Positions 56,939 to 64,000 of a stretch of DNA of 64,000 bases are shown here, piece after piece. Made by a program: the position numbers and the translations under genes. Position 1 is the first letter of the stretch. Each line of letters opens with the position of its first letter. Source of the stretch: a virus. The notes beneath the pieces were generated by a model. The model saw only the letters and a list, made by a program, of their open reading frames with translations, was not told the origin of the DNA and searched no databases. The stretch lies in the IMG/VR virus record IMGVR_UViG_3300023235_000012, positions 1-64,000 of that record. One strand, given 5' to 3'.

Positions 56939-57730
56939 TTAAACTCGATAAAGAACTTGATCGAATGTACCTAAGTTTGCGACATCAGGATCATAGGCGA
57001 ATCTAACCCATTGAGCGTTGACATTGAAGTCAAGATTTTGAATGTCTGACTCAGAGACGTAATCGATAAAATCAGTGGCTCCACCGACATTAACGTTAAA
57101 CCACTCAGAGTTTGCGGCAGGTGCAGTGTTATCCAGTGAGGCTTGAACCCAAAATCGACCAGTGAAATTCGTCAAATAAGCTACTAAGCTATGCAATCCA
57201 TCATGACGACCTTCTTGTGCGTCTCCTGGATAAGCACTAGAGTAATAAACTCCACTGCTCAAACTCCAAACTGTTGCGTCACTGATTGTTGCGGCTTTAA
57301 AGGAAGGCATTGCATTATCCAACAACCAAACTTCTGCGATAGCACTGTAATCGGTGTCACCATAAAGATTGTATTCATCTTGGTTTTCATCGAGGATCGT
57401 TACAACCATTCTGTAGGTTCCTGGTCTCCACTCTGCAGTTTCACCTTCTAGCATGGTGAGTTCCCATTGTCCTTTAGCTGCATCTATTTCATCGAGCTCT
57501 CTTTGAAGAACCAATTCTTCGGTTTCGTTTGAAACCAAGTAAGCAGTGAAAACTTTTCCGGCGGCGGGAATAACTTTTTTGTCACTGTTCTTTATCGTGA
57601 CATAGATTCTAGAAGCCACACCTTGATAGATCTTAAATTTTCGTTGTGTCATTGGTAGGTTCTCCAACAGTCCTGCCGTCGAATACAATAGTTCCAAGTT
57701 TTGTCTATATGAATAAAAATCAATCTTCAT
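56939..57730 (-). CDS. putative virion structural protein
   Basis: Beta-rich; TAAATA at 57771-57776; probable start MKIDF. Confidence 0.6.
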   Translation of the reverse strand: MKIDFYSYRQNLELLYSTAGLLENLPMTQRKFKIYQGVASRIYVTIKNSDKKVIPAAGKVFTAYLVSNETEELVLQRELDEIDAAKGQWELTMLEGETAEWRPGTYRMVVTILDENQDEYNLYGDTDYSAIAEVWLLDNAMPSFKAATISDATVWSLSSGVYYSSAYPGDAQEGRHDGLHSLVAYLTNFTGRFWVQASLDNTAPAANSEWFNVNVGGATDFIDYVSESDIQNLDFNVNAQWVRFAYDPDVANLGTFDQVLYRV

Positions 57731-57792
57731 TTGTACCCGTTTTTTCAGCATTAAATAACTTTGTACTTAATATTTATTAGAAAGAAAGAAAG

Positions 57793-58182
57793 ATGACAAA
57801 CGAATTTAACAAATTACATGATCGATTTCCGTTCCTCTCTTTAGGAGTTTTTAAGACCACCGACTATCATGTCGGTATCGTCTTAAATCAGACCCGACAG
57901 TTCATTGGTATGTATCTCTTAGAAGATTTGAAAACTACTGCTGAGAAAAAGCATTTCTTGGAACTTGGTGAAATATGGTGGTGGGAATCAAATCGAATGC
58001 TTCCAATCTCTATTTTCCTAAAACAAGAATTCAAACCGTTTAGATATGTTTTAAGGAATTTTGCAAATAAGGATTTCAAAATTCTTCAAGGGCCTGTCAC
58101 CAGTTTACAGAATGTAGTACAGAAGAGAATCAAACGAAGAACGATAAACCTTGAAGCAAAGAACAGGAAGAAAAGAATCTAA
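57793..58182 (+). CDS. hypothetical phage protein
   Basis: FPFLS, WWWESNRMLPI; TAAATA at 57752-57757. Confidence 0.75.
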   Translation: MTNEFNKLHDRFPFLSLGVFKTTDYHVGIVLNQTRQFIGMYLLEDLKTTAEKKHFLELGEIWWWESNRMLPISIFLKQEFKPFRYVLRNFANKDFKILQGPVTSLQNVVQKRIKRRTINLEAKNRKKRI

Positions 58183-58432
58183 GAGATCATCGCTCTGATC
58201 GTCTTTATTTCTTCTTCGTTTCCCTGTTCTTTTGTGGCTTTATAAGCTGGATAATTTTCCTCAAGATTTTTCTCATATTCTTCCAGTGTCATATGAGAGT
58301 ATTGTGGTTAAGGTAAAAATCGATCCCACCACATTATTCATCGACTGAATATTTATAATTTCTATTGTTATTTCAGAAGACATCACTTTTCGAATTACAT
58401 CTTTTAATCCATCTTCAGAAAGAGTGTCGATG

Positions 58433-59014
58433 CTAGCCATTTAATTCTTCCATCAAAAGATTCAGCTGGACGATAATAACCAATGCGTACCCAAAACTAT
58501 GACTCATTTTAAACTGATACCGTTCTTCGCCAACATCCTTTTGCCAAATTTCTGCACGGATCTTCTCCCAAGATTCACCGATCAAGTGTTTCTTCGCTGG
58601 ACGAATTATCGCGATAGTCATCGCCAATTCGCTAAGAGAACAAGGTTTCATCTGCTTCACCACTTCATAATGATCATGTAATTGAAACAAGGTCTCAACT
58701 ACTTCTTTATGATCCAATAGACTCCAATCAGGATCCGTTTTGGTTAGACTACGTAGGTGATCGGGATCTCGGACGGCCTTGTAAACACCGTTATGAAGCA
58801 AGTCAACCTTGACGTAACCAAGCTGTTCTGATCTTTTATAGTCGAGTGAGCACCATCCAGTGATATGATCTTTTGGAACCTTCTGGAAATATACTCCTGA
58901 CTTGTGCTTTTCTATATTGGGTAATCTGTGTATTGACGCCGGTACATGAGGAAGCTTAGAAAGAACCTCTTCTCTGTTTTTTAAATCAATATCTACGTCA
59001 GGAATATCACGCAT
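58433..59014 (-). CDS. DnaE (Pol III alpha)-like catalytic palm/fingers fragment
   Basis: Starts MRDIPDVDID; KHKSGVY, KVDLL, LFQL, AIIRP, FKMSHSFGYA. Confidence 0.88.
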   Translation of the reverse strand: MRDIPDVDIDLKNREEVLSKLPHVPASIHRLPNIEKHKSGVYFQKVPKDHITGWCSLDYKRSEQLGYVKVDLLHNGVYKAVRDPDHLRSLTKTDPDWSLLDHKEVVETLFQLHDHYEVVKQMKPCSLSELAMTIAIIRPAKKHLIGESWEKIRAEIWQKDVGEERYQFKMSHSFGYALVIIVQLNLLMEELNG

Positions 59015-59327
59015 TATTAATCATGATTTGCTGTTGATACCTTTTCAATTTTTCTAGTTCGATTGATAATCGAGAAAACACTGAATGTAAGCGTTCAATT
59101 CGTCGACGCATTTCTTGATTTTCTTTTTCGAGTGCATTAACATGTTCAACTGATGGAACGTTAATTGTTTTTCCATCTACGTTGATTGCGACCGTCTTTT
59201 TGTTCGGAGATTGAACCTCAACTTTAGGGATAGATTCTGTTTTTTTTCTAGGCTTCTTACGAGAAGTAGAGTACATCGACAAATCTTCTTCTTTAATCTT
59301 CTTCTTAATTGCTAAGCCTTCGTTCAT
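59007..59327 (-). CDS. hypothetical coiled-coil protein
   Basis: 106-aa ORF, AGGA SD, TAAATA at 59349-59354. Confidence 0.65.
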   Translation of the reverse strand: MNEGLAIKKKIKEEDLSMYSTSRKKPRKKTESIPKVEVQSPNKKTVAINVDGKTINVPSVEHVNALEKENQEMRRRIERLHSVFSRLSIELEKLKRYQQQIMINNA

Positions 59328-59366
59328 ATTTCTATCCTCTGTTTACCTTATTTAAGCTGCTTAATG

Positions 59367-60032
59367 TTATATGCCAGCCTCTCTTAATTCTTTTTTCAAA
59401 TGCGGTACTTTCGGGTCGGATTTGACTCTCATTCTCCAATATAATGGATTGATAAGTTCTTTAATTGAATCCAATTCTTCTTGATCTAATTTTCCTAGAA
59501 GGTTTTCAGTTTGTGAGCACAAAATTACAAACCAAGGTGAAATTCTTCCTGTTCTAAGCCAAAGGCATAATCGATGTCCGGTTAGATTTAAACATACCTC
59601 TTGAAGTTCTAGTTCGTGCTCTATAGAATATTCTTGTAAGGTCTCTATAGATCTACTTACCGCAATATCAGAGTCCTCTGTCATTATTTTTTCATGAGCC
59701 CATTTGAAATAATGATTCTCGCTTGTCCATTTCCTAAACGGAGCGCCCGAACGCATCAAATAAGAAAAATATTCGTTTATATTCAATGGATTAATAGTCA
59801 TAAAAAACTTCGCTAGTGTCTCGTATGCTCTATATTGTTTTGATTCAAGAAACACGGTCTGAAGGTCTTTTTTGCTTCTTATTCGATGGAATTTTTTGAA
59901 TTCTGAGAACAATTCAAAGGCCATCATTCCTATCTGGTCGTGTCGTTGATTCCATCTTCTTTTCGGCTCACATATATGCTTTTCGAATGCTTCTTCTCTT
60001 TTGTATTCTTTCTTGCAGAAATCACACTTCAT
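59367..60032 (-). CDS. hypothetical protein with N-terminal zinc finger
   Basis: CDFC..H.C; GRISPW. Confidence 0.7.
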   Translation of the reverse strand: MKCDFCKKEYKREEAFEKHICEPKRRWNQRHDQIGMMAFELFSEFKKFHRIRSKKDLQTVFLESKQYRAYETLAKFFMTINPLNINEYFSYLMRSGAPFRKWTSENHYFKWAHEKIMTEDSDIAVSRSIETLQEYSIEHELELQEVCLNLTGHRLCLWLRTGRISPWFVILCSQTENLLGKLDQEELDSIKELINPLYWRMRVKSDPKVPHLKKELREAGI

Positions 60033-60179
60033 ATCAATCTGCCGGCATCCGCATTACTTTGGGAAGATTAAAAGATGTTATTTTTCCCGTCTCATCACAT
60101 TTTGGACAATCTCTAATAGTTGCGCATGAACCGTTAGGATATGGACCTACCGTTCTTTCTCCTTTACACCTATCACACC

Positions 60180-60662
60180 TCATTTGGTTTCCTTCTTGTA
60201 TTGTTTAACCAATTCTTTCTCTTCTTTTTCTGGCATGGCGTAATCAATCAACATCCTTCTAAATTGATCAGGTGTCATATTCTTCTTAATGATCCGAAGT
60301 TCAGTTTCATTCACTCCTTGAAAATATTCTTTCAAGACAGCGTCAATCTTTGATTTCACTCCACGAGAAGGTCCTTTGATCCATTTATGTTGTTGTCTCT
60401 TACCAACACCACAAGAAGCCATCAAACCCCAGATCAGTTCATCATGATCTTTTAGATCCCAAAGGTTTTTGTTTACTAACTCATTCGTCGTCTGAAGATA
60501 GAACGAATGCAGGCCTCCTTGATCTGGTGCTCCACTCATCCATCTCATAATTACGAAAGAAGCAAAAGCCTTCTTTTCATCATCATTTAATTCGGCATAG
60601 AAATCGTAGTTTCTATGATCAATATTGTCTAATGTTCTGAATATATCTAATTTAACTGCCAT
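60180..60662 (-). CDS. putative clamp loader small subunit (gp62-like)
   Basis: Size and F.IMRWMS..N..H..L..KWIK pattern; tentative. Confidence 0.45.
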   Translation of the reverse strand: MAVKLDIFRTLDNIDHRNYDFYAELNDDEKKAFASFVIMRWMSGAPDQGGLHSFYLQTTNELVNKNLWDLKDHDELIWGLMASCGVGKRQQHKWIKGPSRGVKSKIDAVLKEYFQGVNETELRIIKKNMTPDQFRRMLIDYAMPEKEEKELVKQYKKETK

Positions 60663-60769
60663 GATGTTAATATAAATTATTCTAGGTTGTTTGTCAATTA
60701 TCTTTTGATAGACTAAATAAGAATAAGGCTTCGATGCCTTTAGTTATAAACTCTAATAGGAGAAAGACG

Positions 60770-61585
60770 ATGGGACGCCCTTTACATTCAAAATTAGGCG
60801 GGAACGTCACAGGAAGTGGAAATCAACTTCGTGTTATGGCACATCTTGATGCTGTAATTGGTCCAGAACCTTGCTGGATTAACAAACAAACGGGATCAAC
60901 TCGTTTCAATGTCAGTTCAGTAGCTGGTGGTGCAACGCCGACAAGAACCGGTACAATTTATCTTGTTGGCAATGATGAACCAGCTCTAAACGAAGGTTAC
61001 ATCAAAGTTCTACCGGTTGCAATTGACGACGGTGGTGGTGCATTGTTTACCGCCACAATGCTAGTAGTGGGTGCAACAATCGTTGATGGTGGAACCGGAT
61101 ATGCCGGAACCGATACCTTAACTGTTGTTGGTGGAACGGCTGGAACAGCCGCGACATTGACAGTTGATACGGTTAGCACTGGAGTAATTACTGTAATTAG
61201 TATAGCTGACGGACAGGATTATACTGTCCTTCCAACTAATCCGGTTTCTGTGACCGGTGGTACTGGAAATGATGACGCAACATTCAATTTGACATACGGC
61301 ATTGAAAGTGTAGCAGTTGATCAAGGTGGAGATGATTGGAGTACTGCACCAACTCTTCAAGTTATTGGTAACGGTTCATCGGGTGCAGTTTCTGCTACAT
61401 TAACAAGTGACGTGATCACTTCGGTTGCAGTTGATACTATCGGAACCGGCTACACTAGCATTCCTAGAATTGCTACAGCAGTTGCTGGAACGAGATTTGC
61501 TACGAAACTTCACGATAATATTGTGAAGACCACGGATGGAACAATTTACAGTTATCCGGGTGAAGCAGTATTTGATCAAGACTAA
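60770..61585 (+). CDS. virion structural protein (Gly/Thr-rich beta repeats)
   Basis: MGRPL start after AGGAG; GGTGY/GTGYTSIP repeats; TAAATA at 60714-60719. Confidence 0.75.
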   Translation: MGRPLHSKLGGNVTGSGNQLRVMAHLDAVIGPEPCWINKQTGSTRFNVSSVAGGATPTRTGTIYLVGNDEPALNEGYIKVLPVAIDDGGGALFTATMLVVGATIVDGGTGYAGTDTLTVVGGTAGTAATLTVDTVSTGVITVISIADGQDYTVLPTNPVSVTGGTGNDDATFNLTYGIESVAVDQGGDDWSTAPTLQVIGNGSSGAVSATLTSDVITSVAVDTIGTGYTSIPRIATAVAGTRFATKLHDNIVKTTDGTIYSYPGEAVFDQD

Positions 61586-61613
61586 TATGATTGATGACTA
61601 AATTGATCGAAAT

Positions 61614-61644
61614 AAAAGGAGAGGATTAAATCCTCTCCTTTTTT
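61614..61644. terminator. bidirectional intrinsic terminator
   Basis: AAAAGGAGAGGAT-TAA-ATCCTCTCCTTTT between convergent genes. Confidence 0.8.
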
Positions 61645-61665
61645 CAAAAGCAGATATTAAATATC

Positions 61666-61944
61666 TTAAGAGTAAACGATAATAGCTTTCTTTGCTTTTT
61701 CTATTTGGGTTGCAAGCTGTAAACGAGCTTCCATCTCTGCGTCTTTGAGGTTGCTGAAAAAAACTTCTTCTCCTTCAACTTTAAAAACTTGACACATTCC
61801 CAATGGATGCGGCCGAATATTTTCAGAAAACCTTCGATTTCCAGTCTCTATTGTGATATCATGAAGGCCATAACGGATATTGACCTTTTTCTCCGAAAGG
61901 TTAGTCTGGATTACTCTAGCTTCTGGCGCTGTTCTTCGCTCCAA
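61666..61944 (-). CDS. hypothetical protein
   Basis: 92-aa ORF; start uncertain. Confidence 0.4.
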   Translation of the reverse strand: MERRTAPEARVIQTNLSEKKVNIRYGLHDITIETGNRRFSENIRPHPLGMCQVFKVEGEEVFFSNLKDAEMEARLQLATQIEKAKKAIIVYS

Positions 61945-62083
61945 AAGACATTACCCATCTTTTCACGAAACGACATAACGCGCTTCCTAAATTCTTCAAC
62001 TGAAATTTTCTCGGACACCGTATCTTCCTTTTCTTTATTACTCATAATAATAACACAGAAAAGGAAATTGTCAAGCGAAAAGT

Positions 62084-62632
62084 TTAAAAAACATCCATAA
62101 TATCCAGAACATCGTTCATCTTGTCTGAATCATCGACGAAATAAACGCATTCGGGATAGCTAGTTTCTTTTCCGGTTATCATATCTTTCCTGCTAACCCA
62201 TTCTGACGGGTTCCCTAATGGAACGGCAAGAAGCTGCTTCTTCTGGAGTCTAGGAGTAAACCAACTGGTGACGCTAGTATAGCTATTTGAAATCTGTACA
62301 GGCTGAAATTTTGGAACATAGCTCTTGAACGGATTGAGAACATATGCTTCATAATCAAAGTTTGGTAATTCTTCGATGTCGACTAGTTCCAATTCACCCT
62401 GAATAGCATCACCTGTCAAAATCCTCCAGTTCATCGGTACTTCGAGTTGATACTTTCCAATCGAAAGTTGAACAGCAGGATATTCATATTCGTTGAACAT
62501 CGTCAGGTTAACAAAATAATAGTCAATATCATCCGGATTGGATGCATCCAAAATTGCACATTTCTGCTTACTTATCCCGTCAACTATTTGAGTGATATCA
62601 AAAACGGTATTTTCTGGTGTTAAAATTCGGAT
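62084..62632 (-). CDS. hypothetical phage protein, probable ATC start
   Basis: Frame open 27 codons upstream of the called TTG, to an ATC 6 nt after GAGGAG. Confidence 0.65.
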   Translation of the reverse strand: MRILTPENTVFDITQIVDGISKQKCAILDASNPDDIDYYFVNLTMFNEYEYPAVQLSIGKYQLEVPMNWRILTGDAIQGELELVDIEELPNFDYEAYVLNPFKSYVPKFQPVQISNSYTSVTSWFTPRLQKKQLLAVPLGNPSEWVSRKDMITGKETSYPECVYFVDDSDKMNDVLDIMDVF

Positions 62633-62699
62633 AGTGATCTCCTCTAACTAAACACAAATAATAACGATAATAACAAAGAAGAGTGTCAATGTCAATAAA

Positions 62700-63269
62700 T
62701 CAATAGACTTCTTTGACTTCGTCACAGCATTTCAATTTCTTTGCTTGTTTAGCTGACAACCAGACATCGTGTGCAGGTAACAGATACTCTCTGATTTTCT
62801 TTTCTGTCATCCCATCGATGCATTTCATATAATGCTTTAAGATACGCTCACTTGTCAGTTCAAAACCTTTCTGTGAAGCGTAAAGGTCATGTTCTTTCCC
62901 ACTGCTTCCAGCAGAATATTGATGAGACAAAATACTGGTATTCGGCGTTAGGATCCGATGTCCTTTCTCACCAGCGATGAATGCAATAAAACCACAGCTA
63001 GCAATTTGACCTATAGCGACTGTTCGGATGGGGATTGCGCTTCCTTTCATTGTGTCTACCAATGCAAAGCAAGTCGATACCAATCCACCTGGAGAACAAA
63101 TCACTAAAGTTAGAAATTCTTTACGATCTGTTTTTCGAAGATTTTCAGTTATGATCCATCTGATTGCTTTCTCACAAGATTGATAATTGAAATTATCCAT
63201 AAAAAGATAATATCCATTATCTCGAATTGGATCGAAATCAGTCTCAGTTGATGGATTATTGCTGGTCAT
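62700..63269 (-). CDS. clpP: ClpP-family serine protease
   Basis: ICSPGG, IASCG (Ser), SHQ (His), HDVWLSA (Asp); start MTSNN after AAGGAG. Confidence 0.92.
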   Translation of the reverse strand: MTSNNPSTETDFDPIRDNGYYLFMDNFNYQSCEKAIRWIITENLRKTDRKEFLTLVICSPGGLVSTCFALVDTMKGSAIPIRTVAIGQIASCGFIAFIAGEKGHRILTPNTSILSHQYSAGSSGKEHDLYASQKGFELTSERILKHYMKCIDGMTEKKIREYLLPAHDVWLSAKQAKKLKCCDEVKEVY

Positions 63270-63286
63270 TTTTTCTCCTTTGGACT

Positions 63287-63541
63287 TTACTTGATTCTTT
63301 GATTGTCTATTAGGTTTGGGAGTTCCATCCAATGTGTTGGATTTCTGAGTAATCGTCCTCCGACCCATTTGTTTATTCTTCTATTATATGATCCTAACCC
63401 AATCCAAGCAACGTGTTTTTCTGATCTGTCAGAACTCATCCATGTTATAGGATTAAAAATTGATTTTTCTTGAATTGAAAGCACAATGACTTTTCTATTA
63501 GAATTAGGTATTTCTGATATTGGATATAGATCATTAAACAT
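63287..63541 (-). CDS. hypothetical protein
   Basis: PTHWMELP C-terminal motif (DUF551-like). Confidence 0.5.
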   Translation of the reverse strand: MFNDLYPISEIPNSNRKVIVLSIQEKSIFNPITWMSSDRSEKHVAWIGLGSYNRRINKWVGGRLLRNPTHWMELPNLIDNQRIK

Positions 63542-63568
63542 AAAAATATTTACTGATTTTATGAAATT

Positions 63569-64000
63569 CTAAGCATGAAGCCTCCAATCAGCAATCTTAT
63601 AAACCGTGTGTTTTTGGATTTTTTCACGATAATATTTACAGCGTTCATTCTTGTGCCTGTTCGAGTATTTGGTTGATGAGCAGATATCAAACACCTGAAC
63701 GTCTTCCTTATCAGATCCTTTTCTAAGTCCACGACCAAGAGACTGTATCACTCTCGTGAAGGCTCGTCCCGATTCAATCATCACTAAATTATGAATCCGC
63801 TGAATATCAATGCCTGTAGAGGCAACACCATATGTAGCAACAGTGACAGTATGATTTCCGGCCTGTACTTCAGCATATCGATCTTGACGATCTTTACTTT
63901 TCATTGCACCTCGGACGAACTCTGCGTCTAATCCTAGCGCTTTAAGTTCTTCGGTTAGCGCTTTTCCGGGATCAACCCTATCGATGAGTATCAAGGTGTT
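63569..64000 (-). CDS. uvsW: SF2 DNA helicase (UvsW-like), C-terminal part; start lies outside the window
   Basis: ATYGVASTGIDI, IQSLGRGLRK, HKNER..YY. Confidence 0.88.
   Translation of the reverse strand, partial: NTLILIDRVDPGKALTEELKALGLDAEFVRGAMKSKDRQDRYAEVQAGNHTVTVATYGVASTGIDIQRIHNLVMIESGRAFTRVIQSLGRGLRKGSDKEDVQVFDICSSTKYSNRHKNERCKYYREKIQKHTVYKIADWRLHA

Noticed and set aside
13851-59014. Split intein joining the DnaE halves
   Set aside because: No Cys-initiated intein N block or His-Asn C-terminal motif at either junction
1-64000. Genome-wide stop codon reassignment (TGA=Trp or TAG=Gln)
   Set aside because: Long genes are intact in code 11, and many end in TGA with ATGA start overlaps (e.g. 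6497, 10344); in-frame stops occur only in a few small genes
1-64000. tRNA, rRNA or CRISPR array
   Set aside because: No cloverleaf/T-loop signature or regularly spaced repeats seen by eye; tRNAscan-SE not run

Overview
AT-rich, densely coding 64-kb segment of a large (jumbo-type) T4-like myovirus genome. DUF1127, DUF1289, a SleB-type hydrolase and a ROSE-like thermometer suggest a proteobacterial, probably alphaproteobacterial, host (inference). Most early/accessory genes lie on the minus strand behind sigma70-like TTGACA-N16/17-TAnnnT promoters. Structural and putative packaged genes follow a T4-late-like TAAATA motif, often in back-to-back pairs. Contents: replication genes (clamp loader, UvsW-like helicase end, a DnaE-like polymerase core split into two genes 44 kb apart); an RNA/tRNA repair set (three RNA ligase families, kinase, phosphatases, CCA-adding enzyme, Pth2, YqeY, queuosine-salvage-like protein, two more nucleotidyltransferases); translation and proteostasis genes (IF3, bS21, Rmf-like peptide, Hsp20, ClpS, ClpP, tandem GroES); tail/baseplate and lysis genes; and putative packaged ART/zincin polyproteins. 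Best candidates for undescribed systems: (i) a nucleotidyltransferase with two paralogous acidic W-x-x-S..C peptides; (ii) a holin-like gene coupled to an output-less PAS-GAF-PAS sensor; (iii) the split minimal DnaE; (iv) a shared N-terminal tag on effector polyproteins and the CCA enzyme. No tRNA, rRNA or CRISPR array was recognised. All family calls come from motif recognition by eye, with no database search.
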